NCBI RefSeq assembly: GCF_018977255.1
Contig: NW_024704743.1
Location: 75,766,001 to 75,830,000 of the forward strand
Direction: 5' to 3'
DNA: 64,000 bases
DNA from: Callorhinchus milii
Taxonomy: Eukaryota
A model generated the notes under the pieces. It was not told the origin of the DNA, did not search any database, and worked only from the letters and a program-made list of their open reading frames with translations. Below, piece after piece: positions 22,531 to 36,789 of the stretch. Both the position numbers and the translations under genes were made by a program. How positions within the stretch are numbered: the stretch's first letter is position 1; every line of letters begins with the position of its first letter.

Positions 22531-25500
22531 AACTTTAATTTGCTCCTCTCCATATTTCGTGCTGTCCCTGTTCTGTTCTGGAATTACTCTCTAATGTCTG
22601 CAGAGACAGACTATTACATTTTCATTTGCCCTTTTAATTAATCAAGTGCGAGTGGAGCCATCACCGAGATGCTTGTCTGTAAGTGCAGTCCCCGAGGTAA
22701 TCAAACATAACATCCTGCAGATGGGGAAAAGGTGAATGGGTTGCTGTATCCGTAGCTCTGAGTTGAATAAATTTGGGAATAACTGCCCAATGTTGTGCTC
22801 TGTTTATGCCACAAACATTGTTTTTATGCAATTATTTATTATTAATTATTATTATTATCCTTGCATTGTTTAATAATTAAAAAATAATAATGAAATCATT
22901 GCCTTTCTCACTGAAGCTTATGCCGCTTTTACATTACTGCTGTGTCTCCAGAGGCAAGCCCGTCTCCCCCGAGGTCACAAGTAGTGAATAATGGCAAGTT
23001 TCCTCAGCTCCAGATCTGGTTGGATCCGACTCTGAGTCAGATATCCCGTTGCCTCTACACACAAATCAGGTTCCATAATGAAACTATGGAGTGATGGAGC
23101 GCAGACGTCTTGATTCATCATGTATTGACATGGCGTCACTATGTCCGCACATACACAAAATTACATTAGTTTTTCTTGCCATCTCCAATAACAGAATCGT
23201 GATCAAATCCAGGAGAAAAGTCACCTAGTTTTGATGCATGTCTCCCAGTCTCTGCCAAGATTATAGGGATAGCAGAGATCCCCAAAACATTTTTACTGGT
23301 GGTTCAATGCCATCCCAATACACAGACATTAAAACATTCTCATTAGTTGGAAAAACTATTACAGGTAGAAAGAATTTTCTACACAAGATAGACCAAGAAA
23401 TGAATTAAATTACCTCCCCCACCACAAACACCTTAATCCATTTGATCTTTGATCATTTTTATTATTATTTTCCTCAAAAGCTCTCTTTCATAGTAATTCA
23501 TCTGTAGGTAACTTGAAACAAAACACAACTTAATACAGAAATGCGTACCCTCCTCTTTTACTGATAAATACATATTGAGGAAAAAAAGTTACACAAATGT
23601 ACAATTTAAACAGGAAGTATACAAAATCCTGGTAACCCAACACCCAGCACATGATGAAACTCTTCACTAAACTCTGTCACTCATCAAAGACACACACAGT
23701 ATTGCCAGTAATTTCAAGATACTTCTCCTCCTCCTCCAAGAGTCAAACCAGGCTAGTCTGCCAGTCTCAAGGGCACAACTGATGACAAACCAGCCAGCCT
23801 AACTTATTGGCAGGGCTTAGAGGAGCAGACCAGTCACTTGGTGCTGAGATTCTTCCCATTCAGCACCTGTGAACCCTACAAGACAAGGAGGAAGGGTGAT
23901 CCTAGCTGGACAAGCAGCAGGAAGCCGGCCAAACGATGCTCTCAATAGCAATCTTTGTGGTTTTAGCTGGTCAGTTGTACCACAATGTATATTTTAGTCT
24001 CCTCAAACCTTGGCTCTTGCCAACTTTCGCTTAATACTCTCCAGGAATAGGTAAGCAGGGTCCATCCCTCTCAGGAGAGAGTATACATCCCATTTCAGAA
24101 AGAGGGAAAAATTCCATGTTTGGGTAGCACACATAGGCAGAACTATCAGTCTAGTTTGGATACTCTTAAGCATGGTCATGGCCATTCTGGCCCCACATGT
24201 GTTAAGACACCTGGCTGACCAAACACCAGTGAAACTGCTGTAGTTTGTTGTGTGACATGTACCAGACTGTTTGAACAAACTATTCCTATGCAACTCATTT
24301 TCAGGTGTGCCCTGCTTTCCATTTACCTCAAGCCACAGTAGTACAACTGAACATAGACTGAACCATTAAGCCACACACCAGAGATGTGAACTAATGGCAT
24401 CCCAGCAATGATTCAAATGAGTGGTACACTCTTATAAACTGGTTCAAGTGATTCTTAAACTAGGAGCACAGTGACACTGCTTTCTAATGCTGTCCATGCC
24501 TATGCCTATAAATTGCCATACATTTAGCTAAGTACAGAACTCTCCTGCTGAGCATGTCATGTTACCAGTTCTTGTCTCTCAAATAAATAAAACGATTTGC
24601 CAAAACCTTTTTTCGTGAAGACACTGCCCCTTTGAAAGTAGACATATTAAGAAAACGGACAGCACAAAAAGCTATTTACTTTAAAAATAATCTGTTGTAA
24701 AATTATAACAGGACAGTTTGAAGCATGTTATTCACAGTGACTAGAAGCAGGGTAATGGATGGTTAGAGTGAATAATTAAATTGTAATCTAATTGTAGGGT
24801 GCAGACAACAACATCAAGCATAAGAGCTCTGCCAGAATCAAGTCTGGACATCATCTAAATCCCAAGATTAAATAAAGGCCCTTTTTACTGCTCTTCACAA
24901 TCCATATTTTTAAAATTATTATGTTGTAATCTCAACAAAAGAGCATCAGCAAGAGAACAGAATGCCCTGAGACTGTAGCAGCTCTTTATAATGCTATCAA
25001 TGTGGAAGAATACCATTGCATGGATGATGGTGATTCAGGGAATTTGTTTGCAATTCTTTTCTCTCCTCCTCTCCTGAAGTCACAGAGATTCAAGTATAAT
25101 TTCATGGACGCCAGTTGCCCTCCCTTAATAGTTAGTGTATCACCTGCCTCATTCTCACATTCTCGTCTGGATCATTCTCACTTCTGAGTCAGAAAGTTGT
25201 CAGTTCAGTGTAGGTTGACAACCCAGTGCAGTACTGGGGGGCTCTGAAGTCACGTTGCCGTCCTTCAGATGAGACATTAAACTGAGGTCCAGACTACCTG
25301 TTCACATGGATATTAAAGATCCCCAAATTGGCGTTTTGATTTTGAGTTCAAGATCCTGTTTCTCACATTCAAATCTCTCCAAGGTCTCAAGACTTAAGAC
25401 TGACACATGCAAAGATATGCGATTGTTTAAATTACCTTGTTCAACTTTTTTGGAGTTTATGTTACAAAGAGACTGTCATGAGGACAAAGAATCACCTGTG

Positions 25501-25934
25501 AACCAATGTGATGTGAATGGGGAACCTTGGTAATGAAAACTCTCCATCTCCTATTACTGACTTTCACAATGTCAGGAACTCATGGTTTTATGGCATGGCA
25601 GGAAGTTATTGCTACCGTTACTATGACAACCACAAACCTAACGTCTGTTCCAGTCCTCAGAAGAAATTATAACCAGTAATTCCATCAGCTCACGGGAGTT
25701 TGTTATTTTCAAAAGTTAAGATCTATCAAAATGTGCAACACAATAGAGCTATAACTGATAGGGTCAAGATCCAAAGCAAATTCAACAACAATTTACATTT
25801 ATAAAGCACCTTTCACACTGGGAGGACATCTGAAACTGACTGGGAGGCCAAGATTGGGGAGGGGGAAAGCTGAGGAGAGAATGGGGAGAAGGCACACTTG
25901 AAGAGATAACAACAACTTGCACTTATTTTGAACC

Positions 25935-26165
25935 AAGAGTCAGTGCAGCTCAGTTGGTAGCACTCTCACTTCCAAGTCGGAATGTTGCGTGTTCAAGACC
26001 CATGTCAGGACTTTAAATTTAATATAGCATGACATTTCGATAAAGTGTCAGGGGTGTGCTGCATGGATGCAAAACTGGGGTCATTTGCCTATTCAGATGA
26101 ACACTAAAGATCACAGGGTACTATTCAAAAAGAGAAGGAAGTTTCTCCTGGTGTCCTGGCCAATA
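25935..26165 (+). mobile_element. Old tRNA-headed Deu-SINE (another fragment at ~25185-25320)
   Basis: gctcagttggtagcactctcacttccaagtcgg head plus Deu segment. Confidence 0.65.
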
Positions 26166-26899
26166 CACAATACAATTCAGATTTATATAGTGTCCTTCAT
26201 ATCGGGCTCAAAGTTAAATTTTTACTTAACACTGCTTTATAAAAAAGGAAAGCATATGTTAACCCAAAGTAATGGCATGTTAATGATGTTATATGACACT
26301 CATAAGGTGATGGGCTTGTGCATAATTCAGACATCCAGATGTCCAGAAGAAAAACCCAAATTTGGGTGAATTTAATGGCTTCCACTTCCTCACTCCACCC
26401 TATCTATGTGATTCTCTTGCCTTGGTCACTCCCTCCACCCAGCAAACAGTGGTCTGATTCATGTGCCCCATCTGCTCCACCCCACCATCGATAGACAAGC
26501 CTTCAGCCATTCTACTTCACTCTTGGAAGTCCACCCCAGATCCCTCTGTCTTCTCTCCTCCCTCTCTCCCTTCAAAACCATTGTAAACCCCATCTCTTTG
26601 ACTGTGCTTCAGGTCACTATCCCCCAATGCCTTCCACAAGCTCCTCAGCTTGTGTAGCAGTAATAATAATAATCCTTGCATTTGGTATAGTATCTTTCAA
26701 TAACAATAGCTTGCTTGCCTTTTTATATTGCCCTTTACAGGAGTAGAGTCTCAGAGTGCTTAACAGTGACGGAGCTTGTCACCACGCTGGAGAGACAGGG
26801 AAGGTAACTATAGGCACGGTCAAAAAGGAAAGTCTTCAGATACAAATCTTCCACTAGACAAGGAAGGGCACTGAGATGCTACCCCAGTGATGGGAACTG

Positions 26900-27285
26900 T
26901 AAGATCCTTCAAGATCCTCACCCTTGTCTTCAAATCCCTGCACTCCTCTGCACCCCCTAACTCTCTGACCTCCTCTCTCCTCACAACAGTGCCCGTTGCC
27001 TTCGCTCCACCAGGTCTGGCCTCCTCCTTGTTCCCCGAATCCTCTGCTGCATCATCAGTGGCCGTGCCTTCAGCCACTGTGTCCCGAGGCTCTGAGGAAC
27101 TTCCTCACTCCCTTCGCCTCGCCCCCTCTTCCTATTTTCAGGTCTCGGCTGAAGACCTTCTTTTTTGACTGCACCTTTGGTCACCTTCCTCCCCCTCCCC
27201 CTGGCTTGGCCCTGAGATCCGTTACTGTGAAGCGCTCTGAGACGCCGTCCAGCGTGGAGGGCACTATATAAATCCAAGTTGTTGA
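26900..27285 (+). mobile_element. L2 3' end, second subfamily
   Basis: FKILTLVFKSLH..APP motif; tail agcgctctgagacgccgtccagcgtggagggcactatataaatccaagttgttg. Confidence 0.85.
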
Positions 27286-27304
27286 TGTATAAAAAGACAA
27301 GCTG

Positions 27305-27705
27305 TTGTTGTTGAAAGGTGGAAGGATTGAGGCAGAGTTTAGAGGCACAGTGGCTAAAAGCAAGGCCAATGATGAAAAAGCAGAGGGGATGAGGGATATG
27401 CAGAAGGCCAGAGCCAGTGATGGGGATGGGAAGTGGAATGCAGTGTAAGCAGATTAGAGAGATAGGGAGGTGGTAGGGTGTGAATTGATTTGTAAGTAAG
27501 CTTGAGGATCTAAAAGTGATCCTTTCTGTCATAGAAAGCCAGTGGATCTTGGCAAGGACTGAGGTGATGGGGATGCCCGGTTATGCAGGCGAGTATATGG
27601 GCGGCAGAGTTTTGAATCAGATGGATTTCATGCGGAGGCCGGCAAGGAAGGCATTGGCAAAATTGAAGTAGGAGGTGATGAATGCATGAATAAGAGATGA
27701 TGTTA
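27305..27705 (-). mobile_element. Old L2 ORF2 fragment
   Basis: IQNSAAHIL remnant of the L2 C-terminal region. Confidence 0.65.
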
Positions 27706-28929
27706 CAGGATTTTACTCTCAAGTGTAGTGACTGTGCCACTGGAGCCGTAGCCCACAAACACCCATGAAACAAATGGCCAATTTTATTTGGGCGATTTTT
27801 GGCCAGGACATTGGGAGAACAAGCCTTGTGTGAAAACAATAATGGTGACTGTGTGCAAGCATGTGGGTTTTCTGGTGGTTTTGTGGATTGTGAACATATT
27901 GTGCTTTTTCTCAAGTGTTTTTCTGCCTGTGGGCCTCCCACCAAGCATGCTCCTTCCGCAGCTAACAAATAATAACAACAACAACTTGGATTTATATAGA
28001 ACCCTTCACGCAGGGTAGCGTCCCAGAGTGCTTGATTAAATTAAACAAACCTAAAAACCTATTAAAAACTTTCCCGATTTAAGCACATCATGCTTCTCAC
28101 TCTGTCTCCTGGGGGAAAAGCTCAGCACAGGAAATCCAAAAGTTCCCTCCCCTTCCCTAGAAACACTAAGTAGTAAAACCCTCACTCTGTCTCATATCAA
28201 TTGAGCCCCACTAGCACCATCTCAGCATCATAATCATTCAACAGTAACCTTCTCTACTGAGTCGCTGTCCAAATTAATACATTTTTGTAATTTTGTTAAA
28301 AAATAATGCTTCCAGTTGCTGAGCACAAAAATGTCACAAAAATCATGAATAAATAATATTCTTCACATTTAAAGCACAAAGCACAGCGAAACATCAAGAT
28401 TTGTAAAACATTACACTGAAACAACTTTGGTAGATTAAATTCACAGCATCAAATAAATCTTCCACGGTTGTTAACAACTTTAAAAATGTCAGATTCTTTG
28501 CCAACTTATACTTTCTGTTAAGAAAACAATGGTTTGGACAGATCCCAATAATCAGGACCTCTGAGTATTCAAATAGTGGAGTAGGCCCAGCACATGGGCA
28601 CGACAGGAGTCTTTGACTTCATTCTGGCTGAGGGGAAAAATTACCCCAGGAATGTGTTTAGATTTAGACATTGAGACATTTAGACATTTTTTTCCAAGGT
28701 TAAAAAGAAGGGCTATTCAGAAAAGCAGCCATCCACATTAATGCTATTAAAGATCCAAGGAGATATAAAGAGTGTCTCCTATAGACAACCCAGCGTATAT
28801 CAGCTTTGACCTGAATTTGTTCCAAAGCCAAGATTCTAGCGGTTCAGTTGAGGTTCTCAATCCCCATTATGCATTGTCACCCAGAAACCCTTATAAATTC
28901 ACACTTTTATATTTCAGAATTGTTACAAT

Positions 28930-29300
28930 GATATCTAAACTCTGAACATTCTTGGGCTCAACTTTTCAGACAAGCTAGCATTCTTCTGTCTTGAGAGAAG
29001 ACCTCATAGAATATAAATTTTTAAATGAGTTAAAAGGATAAATCCAGTACAATAGTTTGGATACACTAAGACAGTAAAATAAAATAACATAGTTGCAAAG
29101 GGCAATTTTAGAACAGATACCAGGAAGTTTGTCTGTACCTAGAGGGTAATTAATGACTGGAACAGGTTGCCAGAAAGTTGTTCATCTGGCCAGTGCACTG
29201 GATTCATTTAAAAAGCAGTTTGATAGACGGCAAGGGGTATATTCTGGATGGATGATATCAGATGGGCTGAAGGGCCTTCCTCATCCAAACCAATCTTTTC
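28930..29300 (+). mobile_element. Old CR1 3' fragment
   Basis: ttcttctgtcttgagagaagac...agagggtaattaatgactggaacaggttgcc...gatgggctgaagggcctt. Confidence 0.65.
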
Positions 29301-30459
29301 ATATGTGGATGGTTAGTAAATATCTGCTGGACAGCAACTTGCATTTATATAGTGCAGGGTGGGATTTCAGAGGGCCCTTTACACAGGATAACATCGAAGA
29401 GCACTGAAATCCAGAGACCAGCTGTTCCCAAACAGTAATATAACAGTAATTCAAGGCCCTACACTGCAAAAAGGTTAACTCAAGAAAAGTAAATAAGCCT
29501 CTAACCATTGCAATTTTTGTTTTTAATTCAAGAGCAGCCTAATGGTGGGTTTGAAGATAGACCTAATTCCTCTGCGTTTCAGATGAAGAAATCAAAATAA
29601 TTTTTTTTTATAAGCACGTCATGTTGAAAAAACTCTTTGCAAGTATTCACTGTCAAGTTTATTGACTGTGTTGCACAAGAAAACTCTGCATGCTACAAGG
29701 CACATCTCATTTCAATAGAGGCAGAAATAAAGCTACCGTGTTCACCTTGCCATGGGCCCTGAGGTTCTCTCAGTTGGGAGAAACATTGACCTCCACCCTG
29801 AAGACCACTCCACCCAAACTATCACATGCAACTCCATCCACCTGGACACATAAGACCAGCAACAGAAACGACTGCACGCACATGCAGCCAAGTGATGAGA
29901 TAGACTCACCAGGAGGCAAGCCAGAGCCTCAGACTCCACTTTCAAAAGCCTTTAATTGGTGGACACAGTGATAACTAACATTAGATAAGACCATGCTCTC
30001 AGAATGACCAATAACAATGAAAGGGACAGTAATTTCCTCACAACTCTGTAATTATCCAGTAGGGTTTCTGTCGGGGTCAAGCAAGTTTCTCGCTTGAATA
30101 ACCAGACAAGTATTCTTTGAGCTTGTAGGGTTTGAAATCAGCCTTAATGCAATTTTTATAGAGCTGTACTGAGGCACATGTAAGCGACAAACTTGCAAAC
30201 AGCAATTCATTCAATTGAATAAAAAAGCACGGGTCAAAGCAACTTTGAACACTCACTCAATTGTGCAAAAACAAAAAGAATTATCAGTCTTTCAGCTGGT
30301 CAAAAAAAAGTCTTCAAAAAGCCTAGAATTTTGAAGACTGACAAGTCAAGTTCTATCTTAAATGAATCATTAATCATTGACAATCTTCCAGTATCAAAAT
30401 ACATCTCAACTGCTAACAAGTTTTTTTTATTGTTGACATATATAGCCTATATGCTAGTC

Positions 30460-30990
30460 TATCCTCGATCCTCTCCTCTTTAATACCTGCATGCTCTCGC
30501 TCGACGATATCATCTACAGACATGGGGTTAACTTTCACATGTGTGCAGATGACACCGAACTCTCTCTCTCTCTGCCTCCACTCTCGATTCCAGGACCACT
30601 GCTGTTCTGACTGGTTGCTGTCAGACATCAAGTCCTGGATGAGAGCTATCTTTCTCCAGTTGAATGTCAACAAGACCGAGGCTCTCCTGCTTGACTCCTG
30701 TCAGTGTCTTCTCGCCTCAGGCACTGACAGCGTCAATCTACACAGGTGCACACTCCACTTCACAAAGCCAGTTTAGAGTCTTGCTGTCTTGTTCAAATCT
30801 CAACTGTCTTTAAAACTGCACATTTGTAACTTGATCCATTCAGCTTTCCCCACCTCTGCAACGTTGCCTGCCTCCACCTATCTGCCACCATTCTCTGGCA
30901 CTCAATCCTGGAGTCCAATTGCCTCGTCCCTTTCCCTCGCCTCCAATGTCTGTGTCAAGACCTCCCTCTTTGACCCCGTGTTTGGTCATC
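30460..30990 (+). mobile_element. Decayed L2 RT fragment
   Basis: LSDIKSWMRAIFLQLNVNKTEALL motif. Confidence 0.8.
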
Positions 30991-31004
30991 ATGATTAACA
31001 AGAT

Positions 31005-31363
31005 TTAATATAGCACCATACATATCAGGAGGATGTCTCAAAGCAATTCACAAGATATACTGTAAAGTATGGTGACTGTGTATTTTTGTAGGAAATTGCA
31101 CACAGCAGTGTCCCACAAACAGCTATGAAGTGAATGCCCAAATTTGTGGGGGATTGTTGGCCAAAACTTCCTTCTCTTCAAAGACCATCCAAACGCACAG
31201 ACATAATCTCAGTTTAATGTCTCATCCAAAGGATGGCACTTCCAACAATACAACACACTCTAGCACTGCACTGGAGGTTCAGTCTCCAAAAATCCAATAT
31301 GAGCTTGTACCTATAGCCTTTTAACTCAGAGGCGAGAATGCTACTAACTGAGCCAGGCTGACA
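31005..31363 (-). mobile_element. Old Deu-SINE, near full length
   Basis: Tail, Deu motif tttaatgtctcatccaaaggatggcac and head ctactaactgagccaggctgacac. Confidence 0.75.
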
Positions 31364-32929
31364 CAAAAGAAAGGATAGAACTTTTTTATTTTATTCAGAG
31401 AACTAAAAATGGTGCTGGAAGCAAAACCTATAATAGTTTTTAAAAGCGATTAATCAAACATCTGAATATGTGGGAAGGGCAAGAAAGTGGGATGAAACTG
31501 ATTGTTCTTAGAAGAGTTCTGCTAGAAATATGCATCTTGTTCCCTGGGGTTGAAAAGTGCTTCTCGGGAACATTATAGTGTTACTGATACCTCATTGCAG
31601 GAAAAAAACATCTAGTGATATAAACTGGGTCTTCTGCAGCCTGTATGTTACATTAATACTCAGGCTGGAGCAGAGGTTTTGCATGTCTCCACAACACACT
31701 GGGAATTCCTTGCATCAACCAAGCTTCATTCTCTGAGGACCTTTGCTGAGCACTTCTTGAATCCCAGTATATTCCTGAAAATCAGAAGGAAAGAAATTTA
31801 AAAATCCCCAAAATGTTTTACGGGAGGAATGTATCCTTGGACACTGACTGTAACCTTGGAGTTTGGGTCTGAATTTAGTCAGAGTGATGGGATATTTGCT
31901 GTACACAATGAGCCTGGTCAGTCTCAAGCCAATTCCAATGAATGTGGGATCACAGGACAATATTGCTGTTAATTCTGGAGTTGGCAATTTCAATCAAAAA
32001 TACCAAGATTTATTATTGAAATAAGAACAGGTGCATTTGGGAGTTCCTCTTCAAGGTTTTTTGTGAGAACAGAGGAAACATAACTCTGCATCTAACTATT
32101 TTGAACCTGACCGGGGAATGCTTTAAGGTTACACTGGGGGCCGTATGTAGTGAAAGATTTCCATTGCTTGCACAAAAGCTGTCATCTCAATAGGCACAGC
32201 CATTTATTAGGAAAAGAAAACCAATCATTTGAAAGTCTTAATGTACTATTCCTATAACTGACATTCATAATGTAAACCATGCATTAAAATGCCTCTCCCT
32301 GCAATATTGATGACTTGTGCAATTTAATAACTTCAGTCAGTTTGACATTGGCTTCCAAGATTCAAAATGAGGTTTTAAAACAGCGGTATAGTCTTCCAGC
32401 AAATAAAACAAATGGAACATTCTTGCAGACACATGAATACATTTTATTTGCAACTCTGCAATAAACTTCACTGGGAAAGAACCAACTGTTAGTAGACCCA
32501 TTATTCCAGAAAAGGATCTCAGCCAGTCATTATTAAATCTCTTTTATGGTTAGCCGGGTGTCTGACATATGCAGAAACCCATCACCATACTTAAAAGTAT
32601 CCAAACTAGACAGAGTTCAACATATGTATGCCACCTACACATGGACATTTCCCTCTTTCCGAGTAGGGACATTGATGATATGCACCTCTAATGGAGTTCC
32701 CCATTGTAGCTGCTTATTGTCAAAGTTATTACACAATCCGATGGACAACAATATCAGGCTCCTGAGTCTTCAACACTGAAATCCCAAATTAGCTCAAAGC
32801 TAAATTGACGCAAATCTCATTCTTGCAATGAAAATGTAAAAAGAAAAAAAATAACAATTCTCTTGGAAAACTCACTTTTATAGCCTTCAGGTCAACACTA
32901 CATTAGTTAAGTACCTATTACAGACAAAT

Positions 32930-34704
32930 ATAATAATAATAATCCTTGCATTTGATATAGCACCTTATCATGTCTTCGAGACATCTCAAAGCGCTTCACA
33001 GAATATATTGCAAAGTGAATTGACTATATTTTGTGGGAGAATCATGGCAGCCTACTGCGCACAGCAGTGTCCCACAAACAGTCGTGGATTGAGTGACCTA
33101 ATTATTATTTATTTATTTTGAAGTGATTATTGCCCCCGGAAAAGCAATCTGCCAATTGACTAACAACCGGGTTCCTACCCACTGCTAGATAAATAGAGGT
33201 GTGTGGAGTAAGGACCTGGAACGAGTCGTCGCGTCCCAGCTCCACTCCTTTCTCTCTTGCCATTCCCTCTTTGAACCCCTCCAATCCAGCTTCCGCGCTG
33301 CCCACAGCATGGAAACAGCTCTGGTCAAAGTCACTAAAGACATTCTGAACATCTGTGATCAGGGCTCCCTCTGTGTCCTTGTCCTCCTCGACCTCTCTGC
33401 CGCCTTCGACACTGTCGACCACTCCATCCTCATACACCGCCTCTCCGCTTTACTCAATCTTCACAGATCTGCCCTTGCCTCGTTCGATTACTATCTCTCT
33501 CATCGTCTCCATTTCGTTGTCTCTAACGGTTTCTCCTCCAGCTCCCGCACTGTCACGCCTGGGGTCCCCCAGAGCTCTGTCCTTGGCTCTCTCCTCTTTA
33601 ATATCTACATGCTCCCCCTTGGTGACATCATCGGCAGACATGAGGTCAACTTTCACATGTATGTGGATAACACCCAACTCTATCTTTCTGCCTCAACCCT
33701 CAACTCCAGGACCACTGCTATCCTGACAGACTGCCTGTCGAACATCAAGTCTTGGATGAGGGAAAATTTCCTACAGTTGAATGTGAACAAGACTGAGGCC
33801 CTCCTGATTGGCTCGGGCCAACGCCTCAGCACCTCAGCCTCTGGCAACATCAACCTCCATGGTTGCACACTTCAACTCACCAAGCCAGTCAGGAACCTAG
33901 GTATCTTGTTTGACCCTCAACTGTCTTTTCTCCCCACATTCAAGCCATGACCCACTCTACCTTCCCTCCCTCCGTAACATCACCCGACTCCGCCACTACC
34001 TCACCCCTCAGGTCGCTGAAACTCTTGTTCATGTGTTCATCACCTCGAGGCTCGACTATGCAAACACCCTGCTTGTCAGCCTTCCCAACTCCTCCCTCCA
34101 CAGGCTGCAGATAATCCAGAATCTGCAGCCCATGTCCTCTCCCGCACCAAACTCCGTGACCCCATCTCCCCCACTCTCGCCCGACTCCACTGGCTCCCTA
34201 TCCTTCAGAGGATCCAGTTCAAGATCCTGGTCCTCACATACAAAGCCCTCCATGGCCTCGCCCCACCCTACCTCTGTGACCGCCTAATCCCCTACCAACC
34301 CACCCTTTCCCTCTGCACAGCCAGCTCCGGCCTGTTCCACGTCCCCCGACCCACTCGCCCCACCATTGGCGGGAGAGTCTTCAGCCACTCTGCCCCCACT
34401 CTCTGGAATTCCATCCCCCAGTCACTCCACCTCGCCCACTCCTTAGCCTCCTTCAAGTTCCGCCTCAAGACCCTCCTCTTCAACCATGCCATCGGCCACC
34501 CCCCTTCCCCTCCCCTCCCATACCCCCCCCAACCTCAGCTCGGGTCTGAAATGCTGTACTCTGTCCAGTGCCTTGGGATGTCCTTCCGACTTGAGGTGCT
34601 ATACAAATGTAATCTTGTTGTTGTAAGGAAACATGCCCGGGAATCGAACTTAGTTCCTCTCGCTTGCGAGGCAAGTGCTCTAACCACTAAGCTACAGGAC
34701 TCCA
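32930..34704 (-). mobile_element. Long-subfamily SINE split by an L2 insertion (32930-33214 and 34623-34704)
   Basis: Body and head rejoin at the duplicated GTAAGGA. Confidence 0.85.
33215..34622 (+). mobile_element. 5'-truncated L2 LINE; RT ORF remnant 33201-33950
   Basis: [26 protein letters not shown] and YVDNTQ (catalytic YADD mutated); (TTG)n tail; TSD GTAAGGA at 33208-33214 and 34623-34629. Confidence 0.93.
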
Positions 34705-35079
34705 CAGACAATACCAGGTTTATTAAATCCTTCAGCTGATTTTATTTCACAAATATTTTTACAGTCTTGTCCTGTTATATCAGTAGACAATAGTATTGAT
34801 TCTCTTCCCACAGGCAGACATCATTCATTCACTGAAAACTACTGAACACTTGACCCTTAAGATTCAGAAGAAATAAAACCTTAGTAATAATTCATTGACC
34901 TGAGGACTGGGAGCTTGCACATTATTATAAACATTTTTGTCACATTGATTACCATTTTGTCGATTTGTTTAGAAGATCCTATGACATCATTGAAAAAGCT
35001 AAGCAAGTTTCTCCTGGTGTCCTGGCCAACAATCCTCCAGATTAATTGTTCACCTACCAAATACATGCAAAACACAACC

Positions 35080-35480
35080 TGGATCAATTGATAGAACTCT
35101 CATCTCCAAGTCACAAGGTTTTGAATTCACTTCCCAGGTTGAGGGTTTGAACCCAGGCTGACATTCCAACACAGTCTTGGTGGTTCTCTGAATTGTTGGA
35201 AATGCAGTCCTTTGGATTAGATGTTGAATCAAAGATTTGTCTGTCTGTTCAGGCGAATGTTAGAGAATCCATAGTACTAATTGAAAAAGCTGAAAGTTTC
35301 TCCCAGAGTTCTGGCCAACAAACCCCACATAAAATTATCATTCACTTCAAAGCTGCCTGTCAGATATTACTGAATCCAAATTGACTGTTCCGTTTGTCTG
35401 CAAAATACAGTCACTACACTTGAAAGCAAAACCTATAAAACATAACTTTGAGACAGTCCTCTAGTTGTGAAAGACACTAT
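35080..35480 (+). mobile_element. Old tRNA-headed Deu-SINE
   Basis: Head, caggctgacattcc, gatgttgaatcaaag...ctgttcaggcgaatgtt and tail. Confidence 0.65.
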
Positions 35481-35571
35481 ATTAAAAGCAAGGATTATGA
35501 TTTATCATGATTATTATTATAGTTATATTATGTGGTAAAAAGCTATCTATCCTAAACAGCCATGCAAATGA

Positions 35572-35770
35572 AAACCCCATCCCCCAACGCACACCACTAA
35601 CCCAACCATCCCCAAACCCACACCACTGACCCAACCATCCCCACACCCACACCACCGACCCAACCATCCCCAGACCCACACCACCGATCCCACCATCCCC
35701 ACACCCACACCACCGACCCAACCATCCCCACACCCTCACCAACAACCCAACCATCCCCACACCCACACGA
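35572..35770. repeat. 29-bp minisatellite, about 7 copies
   Basis: Unit cccaaccatccccacacccacaccaccga. Confidence 0.9.
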
Positions 35771-36461
35771 TTTACCACAATGGTTTGCTCTTATGGGACT
35801 TGAAAGAAATCTGCTGCCATTTCAGATATCACTAAACAAGCATGACATTTCTCCTCTGTTTCTCTCCTATATGGACGTCAATGAATTTTTCAACCCTATA
35901 ATTTGCAAAAAATTAAAAACCTGCAGCAATAGTGATGCCATAATGTCTCTAAACCATAATGATGTAAAAACATGCACATTTATTCATTAGAAGAGACTTC
36001 ACCATGGCAACAGTGACCCATTATAACAAGCCATCACTGACTTTTTGATCCAACTAAACTCCAATGAGCGAGGCAACATATACTTTATTTCTAAAATTCT
36101 CAATAAAACAAGAGAGATTCAGCAAAGGATAACTGTAAAGTCAAGCAAAAGGTCAACTCATTTCTTGAGGGAAGGATTCAAACTGGACAAAGAAAGGATA
36201 TTTACTTTTTTATAACTACTTCTAATAGTTTTTCTGTTTTGATGTGAAAAGACGAAGAACCTGAGAAATGAGAAGATTGTTTGCTCGGGCGGAATATGAG
36301 AAACCGCTGTGCAGGTGGTAGCAGAGGCAGCCCAGTCTGGTACTAATCACTGTATCACATCACTGTGCACATCAGCCATGGATATAGATAGAGACTTCAG
36401 CCTCAGAACAGCAGTGATTCAAAGCCCCTTACAATAGTCATGCAACAGCTAGTCTCAGCAT

Positions 36462-36785
36462 TAATAATAATATTAATAATCCTTGCATTTGATATAGCGC
36501 TTTTCACGTCGGGAGGACGTCCCAAAGCGCTTCACAGAACACACTGTAAAGTGAATTGACTGCATATTTGTGGGCGAACGCGGCAGCCAATTGTGCACAG
36601 CAATGTCCCACAAACAGTCGTAGATTGAAAATGACCAATTTATTATTGTTTTTTGGTTTTGGAGGGATTATTATTAGGCGTGTGGAGTAAGGAAACTTGC
36701 CCAAGGTTTCGCCCTCTGCCTGGAATTGAACTCAGGTCTCTCGCTTGCAAAGCGAGTGCTCTAACCGCTGAGCTATAGGACTCCC
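36462..36785 (-). mobile_element. Young SINE, short subfamily, at the tail of a long-subfamily SINE
   Basis: Full-length match to 3556-3903. Confidence 0.9.
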
Positions 36786-36789
36786 AATT

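Noticed and set aside
31700..31775. Strong minus-strand acceptor ttcttccttctgattttcag
   Set aside because: No convincing downstream donor before stops.
35572..35770. CRISPR-like array
   Set aside because: Contiguous tandem units with no unique spacers, in a eukaryotic context.
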